Assembly (NCBI GenBank): GCA_951406725.2
Contig: OX597820.1
Location: forward strand, 110,670,001 to 110,734,000
DNA: 64,000 nt
Reading direction: 5' to 3'
Source: Octopus vulgaris
Lineage: Eukaryota
Shown: in pieces, positions 46,385 to 58,971 of the stretch
Position numbering within the stretch: position 1 is the stretch's first letter
How the letters are laid out: each line of letters opens with the position of its first letter
Position numbers and translations under genes: made by a program
Notes under the pieces: generated by a model
The model's database searches: none
What the model saw: the letters and a program-made list of their open reading frames with translations, nothing else
Told to the model about the DNA's origin: nothing

Positions 46385-46675
46385 AAACGAGGAATTATGT
46401 ACATTATTTACAATGGACAGATAGGTGTCCTCCCCTTGTTTGTTGTTACCTTGTCTGGGACTGAACTGGGACTTGGAAAATGATATCTACAAAAAATAAC
46501 ATCAGCAAAAAGGATACCTTAGGAATGAGAACAGAGCACCTCATTAGTCAAGTAAAGGGTTGGGTTCAAAATTCCACCAGAACACCTGATGAAGGCTGGA
46601 GAGTACATTAGCCGAAACGTTGTGGTAAAACAAACAAGGTGAGGACACCTATCTGTCCATTGTAAATAATGTGAA
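46385..46675 (+). mobile_element. pLTR-like element with inverted ends, same family as 51771-52304
   Basis: 46401-46450 and 46624-46672 are inverted repeats. ATACCTTAGGAATGAGAAC is shared with ~52170. Confidence 0.7.
46581..46626 (+). ncRNA. Minimal hammerhead ribozyme motif
   Basis: AACAC-CUGAUGA-A-GGCUG..UAGCC-GAAA-CG-UU-GUG. The palindromic AACGUU stem III implies a dimer-dependent fold. Confidence 0.65.
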
Positions 46676-46792
46676 TGTAATAAATTTTTATTGTTCTAGT
46701 AAAATCATGTCTCAGAACTGTAGTTGTAATATTTTGAGTTAAAAATTAATTTTTTGGATGAGAAATTTGTTCCAACTTGTCTGTTCTTTCAG

Positions 46793-46876
46793 GTTGTGCG
46801 GATTCAGTCTCCGGAACATGGTACAAAACGCATCCAATCTTCAGGCTCTGAAAAAATCAGCAACTTTTTAAATAAG
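46793..46876 (+). CDS. NPLOC4: Npl4 coding exon (UBX-like N-terminus)
   Basis: AG|VVRIQSPEHGTKRIQSSGSEKISNFLNK|GT, 84 nt. Resembles human IIRVQSPDGVKRI. Confidence 0.85.
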
Positions 46877-47143
46877 GTTTCTCCTTGCTTTTTTCTTTTT
46901 CTTTTATGTTTTTCTTAATAAGCCATTTTCTATACCGTTTGACTTGGGCAATGATTTCAAAGAAATAAGTTGAAAAGATTCATTGAATGTATAATGTTAA
47001 CTTATAAATTTAGGTTGATCTTATGGAAGTTGAGAGAAGGATGTTAGCAGATATGTGCTGATGGTATGGTTATTACTTTAGATACTTGTTGTGAATGAAT
47101 GACAGAAGCTGAGTGAAAATATAACCTGGATAATGGTGGAAGA

Positions 47144-47649
47144 TACCGTAAATCCTCAAGTATAGTCCGCCCTTGAGTATAATATGCAGGGGATTTTTAG
47201 GGGGCTGTACCTCTGAAAAATCTAAACCTTGTGTATAATATGCACCCCTTCTCTAACTTGAGTCATGTGTAATTAAGCCATCAGCACCTAGTCGAACAAA
47301 CACTTCCGGTGATGTTCTTAACTGTTATATGGGAATGTAAATATGTTTGCAGATTGTTTTTGTTACATGTTATTCTGTGTTCTGAATACTTTTATTTTAA
47401 TAAATGTTGCTTACTGCAAGTTATGGAGGATTCTTTTATGACTTCATTGCTTTCAGGCTTAGCTTAAGGTATTTTTGTGCCCGACATCACAAAATGCGTC
47501 TGAATAAACATTGCCGGACAGCAAATAGAGACTTGGACATTGCTTAGAAAATATTTTTCATTTTTTAACCTCGTATATAGTACACACTAGGGATTTTGAC
47601 CTTTAAGTTTTTGGGAAAAAATGCGGATTATACTTGAGGATTTATGGTA
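47144..47649. mobile_element. MITE (pogo/Tigger-like)
   Basis: TIRs TACCGTAAATCCTCAAGTATAGTCCGC and GCGGATTATACTTGAGGATTTATGGTA, with TA at both ends. Confidence 0.85.
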
Positions 47650-47971
47650 GTTATCATTGAAATAAACCAAAGAAGTCTGGAAAGAAGCAGTCTGCTTGGA
47701 CTTGAGGTTATTGAAAAGTGTTTACACTGGATTCAGATCTATGAAGGGTTCTTTGTAGTAGATTTATCCAACTCATGTTAGTACAGAAAAGCCAAGCATT
47801 AAAATGAGGTTATTTTTGACATTGATAATTGTTGTATGTGTTATTATGATAGTGTTATTTTTTTTAAAAAGTTGCTCAGTGGAACTTAACAACCACCATG
47901 TCAGAGTCCACCCTTTTGCAAGCATTCAAAATCAAGTCTCAAGCCAGCTTGATATCTTGGTGTACTTAATA

Positions 47972-50095
47972 TATTGGGTTGGCAACTAAGTTCCTGCCGT
48001 TTTTTTTTAAATTTTGGAATTTATTGCGTTTTTAAATTTTGGAATCTATTTTTTTCAAGAATTCTATTTTTGAATCATTTTGGAATCTTTTTTTTTTTTT
48101 TTTCTAGTTAATTTTAGTTAATTTTTGCTTATTTTCAGATCATTAAAATGGAATGTCAAGTTAAGAAAAAAATGAGCATTTTCGACACCTCTTTCTTTTC
48201 GCTTTTAATTAAGGTTCTAAGGCTGCAAAAGCTGCTCACAACATTTGTGCTGTGTATGGAGAGGGTGCCATAGCTGGAAGAACCGCTCGTGATTGGTATG
48301 CCGAGTTCAAAAATGGAAATTTTGACCTCAAAGACACACCTCATTCTGGCCGTCCAGTTGAGTTCAATGGAGAGCGATTAAACCAACTTTTGCATGAAAA
48401 TTCTCATCAGATGACAAGGAACTGGCAGAGAAAATGGAATGCTTCCACACTGCTATAGAGAAACATCTTCACTCGATGGGAAAGGTTCAGAAGTATGGAG
48501 CATGGGTTCTGCGTGCTTTAAGTGACAACAACAAAAATCAACAAGCCACAATCTCTGCTGGTTTACTTGATATAGAGGATCTTCGTCGATGCCTCCACCA
48601 AATTTGGAGATGGTCTAACAACTGGGACCTGTGTCTGAACGTGTCAAAGTGCTGTCATCTGCCTGTTGGCTCTCCTCCTGCAACTCAACTTGATTTCGAG
48701 CTGGGTCGTCTGCTGCTGGAGAGGACCGATCAGGTAAAGGACCTGGGTATCTTGGTGGATTCCTCCTTTTCGCCTTCGGCCCAGTGCATCCATGCTGCCA
48801 ACAAAGCACGTGGAATTCTGTTCTTGATTCGATGGTCATTCGGAATGCTCACAGCAGCCATATTCCTACCGCTCTATGTCACGCTGGTGAGACCCATATT
48901 GGAGTACGGGATTCAAGCCTCTTCTCCTTATCTCCTCAAAGACATACAGCATCTCGAAAGAGTCCAGAAGCTGGCTACCCGCATGGTTCATGGTCTCAAG
49001 AATTTGTCTTATGAAGAAAGGCTGAAGACGCTCAACCTTTATTCTCTAGGAAAACGCCGCCACCCTGGTGATCTCATTCTCGCTCACAACATCATAGGCG
49101 GAAAGTGTAACCTCTCAAAAGAGCTGTTCTTCACTCCTGCTCCAGAGCGTCGGCTGCGGGGTCATTCCGAAAAGCTCTATCTGCGACGATTTCATCTCAA
49201 TCAAAGGAGAGGGGCTTTCTCTGTCCGGGTTGCGGATCCGTGGAACAAGTGCCAGACGAGATGGTGAAGATGCCGACGACTGCTTTGTTCAAAGTCTCCC
49301 TTGACCTCAAGTGGCCTGAACTCTTTACATGAACACCACCCTGTACATAACTCCATGTCCCCCTACATGGCCTTGCTTTTTGAGCCAAAAATTAACTAAC
49401 TAACTAACTTGCTCGTCACTGCTCAACTCATGGACACAAGCAACGATTTCTTTACCGAATCGTTACTGGCAACGAAAAATGGTGCCTGTACTGATGTACC
49501 ATATGAAGCAGCGTAAATAAGTGACACCATGTGCGAAACAAGATCTTCATCTGCGTAAAACGATGTTGTGCGTTTGGTGGGCCTGGGAAGGGATTATCCA
49601 TTATGAATAGCTTGAACGGAACCAAACAGTCAATGCAGAACTCTATGTTCAACAGATGGAACGACTCAACACAGCTATTCAAGAGAAAAGACATAATCGT
49701 CAGCATGGAGTTTTTGTGCTGCACGACAGTGCCAGCCCTCATATCGCCAATATGACCAAGGAAGCCATTCAAATGCATGGTTGGGAAGTGCTGCCACACC
49801 TGCTGTACTCTCTCAATTTGGTACCAGTGGATTTCCACCTCTTTCGATCCCTTTCAAATGCTATGCATGGAGTTTTATCCAATACTGGTGCAGAATTGAA
49901 AGCTTGGATAAATTTTTCGAGTCAAAATCGGGTGAATTCCAACAATGAGGTATTAAAAATCATGTTGAAATTTGGGATGAAGTTGTAAACAACAAGGGTG
50001 AATACATTATTGATTAATTAGTTGTTATTTTTTATTAAACTTTAAAAAAAATTTAAATTTGAAAAAACGGCAGGAACTTAGTTGCCAACCTAATA
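47972..50095 (+). mobile_element. Mariner transposon, degenerate, interrupted by a LINE
   Basis: ~30 bp TIRs TTGGGTTGGCAACTAAGTTCCTGCCGTTTTT and its reverse complement, TA flanks. Transposase remnants GAWVLRALS, LHDSASPH, HLLYSLNLVPVDFHLF. Confidence 0.92.
48570..49407 (+). mobile_element. 5'-truncated CR1-group LINE nested in the mariner
   Basis: KDLGI, LYVTLVRPILEYG, LERVQKLATR, YEERL, and a (TAAC)n tail. Probable ACTTG target-site duplication. Confidence 0.88.
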
Positions 50096-50287
50096 CTATG
50101 GCTAACTATGAGAAGTGCTTTTTGTCCAATATTCTCAGAAGCCATGAAATGGCTATGGGTACTATCCTTCCTCCTCTAAACCATTAAAAGGGAGAGTAAA
50201 ACCACATTATTTTCAGGTGACTTTCATTTCTTGTGTTATATTTGGATGTCCATTCAGATGTGAAATCCTTTAAACTACATAATATAT

Positions 50288-51760
50288 TGGTTGGCATCCT
50301 TTTTGTCTCTGGAGACAATGGAGTTGCGCATAAAATAGTCTAGTCCGGCTTTTACATTTCATGTCCTAATACATTTCCTGCTGTCCTATCCTGGACAAAC
50401 ACTCCCTCTGGCAGGTGCCGCAAATGTAGCGAAGACTGTTCCTGGCTGGTTGTAGTGCCATAGTCTCTTGTTGACGTCTCTTCCTTTCTTTCCATTTCTC
50501 CTCTCTCTCTCTGTCACTCCTTTGTATTCCCTCTTTTACGGTACGTCGCCATTCTCCACGGTTGCTGGCAACTGCCTCCCAACCGCTAATATTGATGTTG
50601 CAGGCCTTCATGTCCCTTTTGCAAACATCCTTGTAACGTAAGAACGGTCTACCCACAGACCTAGTACCCCTAGCAAGCTCTCCGTAGAGTATGTCCTTGG
50701 GGATTCTGCCATCTTTCATACGGCTAACATACCCCAGCCATCTCATACGTCTTTGTGTGAGGAGTGCAAACATGCTTGGTATTCATGCTTGCTTGAGGAC
50801 ATCTTTGTTGGGGATATGATTCTGCCATTTGATGCGGAGGATTTTCCGGAGGCGGCGCAGGTGAAAGATGTTTAGGCGACGCTCTTGGCGTGTGTATAGC
50901 GTCCAAGTCTCACTTCCATACAGTAGAGTGCTAAGTACACATGCCTGATAGATCTTCATTTTTGTGGTCTTGGTCAGCTTATTGTTGTCCCATGCCCGTT
51001 TGGAGAGTTGGGCCGTCACAGCAGCTGCCTTGCCAATGCGTATATTGAGCTCAGCATCAAAGGATAGGTTGTAGGTGACGGTAGAGCCAAGATAGGTAAA
51101 CTTCTCCACCTCCTGTAATCTGTGGTCTCCAATATGTATGTTTGGGATGTCCGATGTATCCTGACCCATGATGTTGGTCTTCTTGAGGCTGATAACTAAG
51201 CCAATTTTGTTACATGCTTGCTCAAAACAATTGATGAGCCTTTGGAGGGCTTCTTCTGTGTGTGATACCAGAGCGGCATCATCAGCAAATAGCATCTCCT
51301 TGATCAGGATGCTTCTGATTTTGGTCTTGGCACGCAGGCGCGAGAGATTGAACAGTTTCCCGTCACTTCTACTGTGCAGAAACACTCCACCATCTGATGT
51401 CTGAAAGACATGTGAGAGCAGCAGCAAGAAGAAAATGCCAAATAATGTAGGAGCGAGGACACAACCTTGCTTTACCCCGTTTTTTATTTGGAAGGCGGCT
51501 GATGTTGAGCCATTGTGCTGTATGGTGCCTTGCATATCATCATGGAAAGACTTGATGATCCTCAGCAGCTTTGGTGGACATCTGGTTTTGGAGCAGGATG
51601 AAGAGGCCTTTTGTGCTTACCAAGTCAAAGGCCTTTGTCATATCAATGAAGGCCATATATAATGGCACTTTTTGCTCTCTGGACTTCTCCTGAAGTTGGC
51701 GTATGGAGAATATCATGTCAATAGTTGATCTGCTTCTTCTAAAGCCACACTGCGATTCCG
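50288..51760 (-). mobile_element. RTE (BovB-like) LINE RT fragment with 3' end
   Basis: ESQCGF, TKAFD, GVKQGCVLAPTLF, MLFADDAAL, FTYLGS, LLYGSETW, RIPKDILYGEL. Confidence 0.9.
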
Positions 51761-51770
51761 ATAATATATT

Positions 51771-52304
51771 ACAGTTCTATATTTAAGAGATGTGGAATTA
51801 TGTGCATTATTTACATTATTTACGTTCAACGGATATTTGTCCTCATCTTGTTTATTGTTAACACAATGTTTAGGCTGATATACACTCCAGCCTTCTTCAG
51901 CTGTCTTGGGGAAATTTCGAACCTGGGTTCTCATTCCTAAGGTATTTTTTGATGTTGTTGTTGTTCAGGTCACTGCTTGGAATCAAACTCAGAATCTTGG
52001 AGTTAGTAGCCCGCGCTCTTAACTACTACGCTATATGCCCATGGGCAATTATTAATTGCCCATGGGCATATGGTGTAGTAGTTCAGAGCACGGGCTACTA
52101 ACCCCAAGATTCTGAGTTCGATTCCAAGCAGTGACCTGAACAATAATAATAATAATAACATCGAAAAATACCTTAGGAATGAGAACCCAGGTTCGAAATT
52201 TCCCCAAGACAGCTGAAGAAGGCTGGAGGGTATATCAGCCAAAACGTTGTGTTAACAAACAAGATGAGGACAAATATCTGTTGAATGTAAATAATGTACA
52301 TAAT
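51771..52304. mobile_element. Head-to-head palindromic pair of tRNA-headed, hammerhead-containing elements
   Basis: Arms ~51797-52050 and ~52054-52304 are reverse complements. Each has A/B boxes, an (AAT/AAC)n spacer and a CUGAAGA hammerhead-like motif. Confidence 0.8.
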
Positions 52305-52853
52305 ATATATTACAATAATGGGAGCCACTGTAGTTCAATATTAACTAAACAGCTTTGTGCCCAGACAAAAAAGTAGATCTGTGGTTTGACTATAATACTT
52401 GACAATTTCCTAACTGGTATAGCTTTATGTCCATGGCCCAAATATTTAACTTCCTTCAATTTGAGAGGACTTGCTGGGCCAAAAGTAAAAAGAAAGAACA
52501 AAATGAACAGGTTGATACAAATCTATTTCATTAGTATTGTTGTCTGTGTGGTATGGACAAATACTTTTGTTGGCTTGCTGTACTGAGTTCAGTATCTTTT
52601 CCATGGGAAAAGTCTGCCAAGTTCAGGGATTTTTCTGTCTGTTGCGTAAAAAAAATCTTCTTATGCTAGCGTTAGCATTCTAGCCAAGAGGTGCTTATCT
52701 TAGTATTAGAGGACCTACTCTTATTGTTTATTGATCTGGATTGAAATTTTGAAATTCTTCCTGCATTGAGTATGATTTTCATTTCTATTAGAGTTCAATA
52801 AAATTTGTATTAGTAAGATTAATATTAGTCAATTCTGTTTTATCTGTTTTCAG

Positions 52854-52966
52854 GTTCAGAATGAATTCCAAGTCGGTGACATTGGTTGGACTGTCTACAA
52901 AGATCGACAGAAAAATTTCCCTATAAGAACATCCAGAGTGAAAACTTTGGCTAATTATGACATTCA
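52854..52966 (+). CDS. NPLOC4: Npl4 coding exon
   Basis: CAG|VQNEFQVGDIGWTVYKDRQKNFPIRTSRVKTLANYDI|GTAAGT, phase 0 to 2, consistent with neighbours. Confidence 0.8.
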
Positions 52967-53540
52967 GTAAGTGAAATGTTCTTTTTGTTTCCTTTTTAAT
53001 TACTTTAATTTCTCTCTTCCTCTTCACTGTTTATCGCTATCTATTTTGTTCTCACTCTCATTTAACATAGTTTATCTGTTTCCCATTCTACATCTCATAC
53101 ACATACATACATTCTTTCTCATTTTATATTTCTATTTCTTTCTTATTTTCTCTTGTGTCTTTCTTTCTCTTGTCTGCTCCATTTCTTTGTGTCATTTCTC
53201 TTTCTCTATCATTCGCTTCTTTTTCTCATTATCTGCCTACTCATTTCATTGTTTCTATCTATATTGGTTTGAAGCAGACTGGTAATAACATCTGTTGAAA
53301 TCTGAAACCCATAAACTATCTAGATATATTCTACAAAATTGATACTACCCACAAGTTCATTTTGTCTATTCTGTCTTTCCAAAGTTGATAAAAAATACTC
53401 AAACTTATGTATTTGCTTCTACTCTTGAAACCAACAACATCTTACCTAATTTTAACTCTCATTTCAGCATGGGCTTTTTGAAGATATCACTAATAATTTC
53501 AGTTTACACACCCCTTCTTAAACTCTCTTTTTTCAATCAG

Positions 53541-53783
53541 TCATGGAGATATGCTGTTTCTCAGCTTTGAGTCAGATGCCAGTAGCCGACAAACTCAAGA
53601 TTCTGTAGTAGCTTCAACTTCAACAGCCATTCCTGTGGACTCCAAAAAATATAGTGCAAACAGCACTGTTTCCAACTCCAGCACCGTACCCCATCTACCA
53701 CATAAAAGCATTGTTTTGGATGAAGTTGATGAAATTCTTGAAAAAGAAGATGGTAAAGTTGAGAGACAACGTAATGAACAGTT
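53541..53783 (+). CDS. NPLOC4: Npl4 coding exon
   Basis: HGDMLFL...DEVDEILEKEDGKVERQRNEQL, AG/GT, phase 2 to 2. Confidence 0.9.
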
Positions 53784-54439
53784 GTAAGTATTTGTGAAAA
53801 ATGCTTTGGTGGAAGTAAATTAATGGCCTTCTCAGCTGTGTGGTTATAGTGCACTAACAATAAGATTGTCATTTCATATCCATTGCATATATTGTATTGT
53901 GACTCAGATCATCTGCTTTGCAAATAAGTATCAGATATTGCAGCAGAATAACATGTGATTGACTGGTACCTGTCCAATAAAACATTGATCTCACATCTGC
54001 TTAATGCTAAAGAAACCAGAAGAAAAACTGTTAAGAAAGCTATCAGCTTTCCTCTTTATTTTACAACTCAAGCCTAATTTTGAGGAATTAGTAAAAAGTG
54101 TCCTGCATAAAGGCATGAATATCACACTTTATTTGAAGTTAGTACCATTTTATAATAGGTAAGCTATTGTCATATGGCTACTAAGACCAAATTCACTGCA
54201 GGTGTAATGCTCTGTGTTTAAACAAGATACTTATTCTATTACTCCTACCAGGTCTCCTTGTTGTTAGTCATTATTTTCTTACTGCTTAAAAAAACCTTAA
54301 GTTAGTGAGCCTGTGATTAATGGAGCTTTTGTTCTAAGGTGGAATGAGTTTTTCAAAAGTTTGTACTTGTGGGAGAACAGAATCAGTTGTGTAAAGTAAA
54401 TGCTGGGTTGTTGTGAGATTAAGATTTAGAACCCTTATT

Positions 54440-54780
54440 TCCATGTTTAGTGACTATTCTTATTCTAGCAGCTACACTTTCAGTCACCTAGGTAATGGAA
54501 GCTATCAACTACTTCTAGTTTTTCTCCCTGGAATGTGGCGGAAGTTGTTCTCTGCACATTTTCAGTGTTTATTGCTCCTGAGCATCTGCCACATACAAAA
54601 GCTATCTTCCCTGTTAGCCTTCTTTGATATTGCTGCACCGCTTATGTGTCCATAGCTTACACTGGGTACGTCTTATAGAGTTTCTATCTATGCCTTTTCT
54701 ACAGATCGAGCAAGGCCAACTACCTGAAGAGATTTGTTGTTTACCTGCCTTCCTACTTATTAGGACTTTGGTTTTAGCTA
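54440..54780 (-). mobile_element. RTE LINE internal fragment
   Basis: Similar to 41370-41516 joined to 42134-42310. Confidence 0.7.
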
Positions 54781-55306
54781 ATTAAGGAAAACCACAATAC
54801 TATGCATGAATGTGTATGCATCTATGTGTAGTTTTGTTTGTGTACTTGTACGTGTGTCTGTGTGTATGTACACTTAGATGGATGCTGGTATAGCTAATTA
54901 GTTAAGAAGTTCACTTTGCAATCATAAGGACCCAGATTTGATCCCAATGTGTGAGATCTTGGCTGAGTGTCATTAACCTCAATGTCAAATTGGTCCAAAT
55001 TGTGGAAGGGAAATTTAGTTTACAAGAACTGTATAGAAGTCATTGAAGGAAATATACCTGTAGTTGAAAGGGCTAACCTTGTCCCTCATTGTGCTACATT
55101 GATTTTACCTGATTATTTGAACGGTATACATGTCTGTGGAATACTCAGCCACTTGCGCTATAAAACAATGAATAGATCTTTGAGTTGTCAGACAACTGCA
55201 ATATTTATTGCTGAAACCAATGGAGTATCACTCTACTGTATGACCAACTATTAGGTTTATCTCTGCTTCACTCAGTTTTGTGATATCTGAAATAATTTAA
55301 TTGCAG

Positions 55307-55355
55307 ATGTCACCATGGACCACAAGGGAAGTGCCTTCACTGTGCAGCTTTAGAG
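55307..55355 (+). CDS. NPLOC4: Npl4 coding exon (zf-Npl4)
   Basis: CHHGPQGKCLHCAALE, CAG/GTGAG. Confidence 0.92.
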
Positions 55356-57596
55356 GTGAGTCAAAGAATATTTATTTTTCACTATCTGCTAATTATTCTT
55401 ACAGGTGATAAATCAGCACTTGACTGGTAAGTTAACAGGAATCATGTTAAAGTGCAGGTATAGTTGTGTGGTTGAGAAATTTGCTTCATGACCATGCAGC
55501 TTTGTTTCCGTCCCATGACAGGGTACCTTAGGCAAGAGTCTTTTACTCAAGTCTCAAGCTAACTTTAGTTTTGTGAGTGGATTTAGAAGAAAACTGAAAG
55601 AAGCCTATTGTGGCTGTATGATTAAGAAGCTTGTTTCCCAAGCATGTTGTCTTGGATTCAGTCCTAGTGCATGATACCGTGGCTAAGTGCCTTCTTCTAA
55701 GGCCTCAGACCAACCAAAACCTTGTGGGTGGAGTTGGTAAATGGAAGCTGAAAGAAGTTTGTCTTGTGTGTATGTATTTGTGTGTAACCTTACACCACAT
55801 AATGGTTGTAAACGAGTGTTACTGTCATATAAGTGATGCTGTTTGTTTCTGGTCTTATGTGAAAATCATGTCTGACCATGGCGACATATTCTCTCACCCA
55901 TTCTCTTACCCCCTACCTCCTCGTTTATGTTTGTACTTGTCCAAAAATTGCTGTCTTGCAGGTAGACATTATTTTCCCTGTCAACAAATTGTCCACTGGC
56001 TTTATGCCTTTCAAGTTGTGATGTGTTAAAATGAGAGATTCTTTACTTGAAAAGCAGGCAGGACTTACTGATAGGAAGAACATTCAGTTGTAAAACAATG
56101 CTTCAACAATATATTTATCATGGTAAAAACTTGTAAAAAAAATGAATGAAACAAACAAATGTTAAGCTTTATATTTTTTTATGACCTGCCTTATTACTTG
56201 CAACAATTTAGTGCTAGATAATACAGTGCATAAACAATTCAGCACAGGACATCTTATTGAACTTAGGTAAAGGTTAGTTTTAGAATGAAAAAAAAAGAAG
56301 AAAAATTTCAATTATTTATTTAAAAGCATGAAAAGATAAAAATACAAAAAGAATTAAGAACGCTAAATTGTATTCTTTGAATCAGTAGTTAGCTAGTTTA
56401 ATTTTATTTAAAGGTGTAGTTATCGTTTCATACAGGTGTTTGTGTATATGTTTTTTTTTTTTTTTGCTGGTGTTTGTTTCATGTATATGTATGCTTTTGT
56501 TTATGTATAGTTAATCTATTCTATGACTGCTGTGTTTGTAGGTGGCATGTGCATGTGGTTTAGATATACAACCAACACCAATTTAATCTAATAATAAATT
56601 ACATATATTACATGCACCAAATTGTCTATGTGCTGAATTGTCTAGTGTTGAATTGTCAGGCACTGAATTGTCAGTACTCTTAACTACATTCATCTTTAAC
56701 GAATTTGTGTCTACCAGTTTGAGAAATCAGTTTGTATAATTTGTTGTGTTGCCTATATTAGGACTTAATACTAGTGTTAAGCTTGCTAATTGATTTAGTT
56801 TTGATTTATTTTTAGCATTGGTTTACCATTTATTTTATGGTGATCTTACAATAAAACTGATGCTGCTGGACTTGTTTATTATTCACTTAGCTGTGGATGC
56901 AGGAAAGACTTTTCTTGTCTGCTTTACACTTTAATAACTAAGTTAACCCATTAGTATTTAAAATGGACATACACAGCTCAAATGTTCTGCCTGTTTTACA
57001 TTAAAACAGGACTGATCTGGTCTCTCACACCTACTCTACAATGTCATTCTGCAATTAAGCAACTGTTTCATCGAAATCTTGAAGCTATGAGATTGTGCAT
57101 GATTGATTCGAAACAATGTGAATAAATAAGCATTACATTCGACAGTTATCTAAATGCTAAAGGGTTAAGTATCAACCCTATGGAGCTAGGGAGCCTTGAA
57201 TTGCTAGAAATAGCAACCAAATTTTTCTGCCATTTAAAAAATGACATGCTGGATAATGTGGTCCTGGATTCCCTACACACTGGAAAAAGAGGGGATGGTC
57301 ATGTCTTTCATCATAGTTCTGTTTACTCAGGGTTGACCTGTGATTAAACAACTGCATGAATAGATTAATGTGAATAGACAACACGGATAGCTGGGTGATG
57401 TTGATGTTATTGTTGTAGGTGATAAAGGTGATGTTCTATAGAAGAGAGGCTGAGTAGTTTGGACGGGTTGGTGAATTTGAAATTAATGGGATGTAGTTCT
57501 ATGGAAGAGAGGCTGTCTTAGTTTTAGCATGTCTTAATCATTACACCCCTTGGTTCATCTATCAGTTCTTTCATACTCTTCCATTTCTGTTCTCAG

Positions 57597-57691
57597 CCTT
57601 ACGATGAGGAAGTGATGAAATCTTGTAAACCTCCAACAAAGTTCTTCTCCTTCCACTCCTATCTGCGTAAGTTGACTGGTGGAGTAGATAA
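57597..57691 (+). CDS. NPLOC4: Npl4 coding exon
   Basis: PYDEEVMKSCKPPTKFFSFHSYLRKLTGGVDK, AG/GTAAGT. Confidence 0.93.
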
Positions 57692-58971
57692 GTAAGTAAT
57701 ATCTTTTCCTTCATTCCACCTTGTTGTGTATTTACAGCTTGATGTTTTTGTTATGTCTTAAGAATGTGACGTGTGAGAGAGATTGTTAATGTTAACATCT
57801 TATCTTGCACATTTCAGTTAAAATCTAGAATCTGTTCACTGCGTGTTAGCTTTCTTATCTCTGCGAATATGTAAACTTATTATTGAAGGCCTGAAAGGTA
57901 TTAATGTAGTTATTATTAAGGGGTGAGCAGTCTGAATTGGCGAAAATGCATGGCAGTATTTGTTTCAGCCCTTTACTTTCTGAGTTCAAATTCCACTGGA
58001 GTCAATTTTGCTCATCATCTTTTGAGAGTCAATAAAATGAAGTTACCAGTCAAGTACTGGGGTCCTTGTAATTGACTATCCCCTTCCCCCTAAAATTACT
58101 GGCCTTGTACCAAAATTTGAAACCATCATTATTATTATTATTACTTACTGTTCTACTGTGGATGGTCAGAAATGTCCCTTTATATTTGGTGTTTTAGAAG
58201 AACTGAGACAGTGATATGAAAATATTTTAATAATCTGTAAGATTACAATCAATGTTGACTCATATATAACAATTTTAGAATTCAACAATATTGTTGAAGG
58301 ATTTTTCTCCTCTCTCTGTCCTTTGTCCTTCCTCTATATTATTCCTCTGACTGACTACCTATTGTTTTCTTTCAAAGATTTACTACTAAAGTCAAAAGGT
58401 TAGAATTATTTTATCTTCATGGCACACTGTTGATGGTTTCTTTTATTTATTTTTTAAACATTTCCAGTGAGGATTGCATATTGCTATGGCTGTTTCTAGA
58501 TAATCTGTAAAGATAATTAGATGTGCCAATAAAGTAAACTTTCAATGCTGCACAGATGAAAGAAGTGTAATATGTCATGTGACTGGAGTAGAACTCTTCA
58601 TTAATGCATATTTCATTAATTACAAATTTTATAGCTTACGAATCTCTTAATATAATATTCAACCTTGCCATCTTAATGTAGAAAGCAAATATTAATTTTC
58701 CACGATTAAGGAGAAATTAAGGGGAAAGAAGGTCGACTGAACATTTTAACTATACCCATGGCAACAGTGGCAGTTGTCACATTTTTGAACACTTGAGACA
58801 CTTCGTGATAAACACACTATTAGAGTAAAACAATGTAGACATGTGCATAATATTGCTGTTGTGATTGCACTGAGTGCATATGTAAACATTTAAATTGTGT
58901 TTTATGAAAATTTTATTAGAATCATACATATGACACACACACTTTTTGATAACTTTAATTATTCATTTGTT

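Noticed and set aside
48434-49267. 277 aa mariner-RT fusion protein
   Set aside because: Chance in-frame junction from a LINE inserted into a dead mariner; neither catalytic core is complete.
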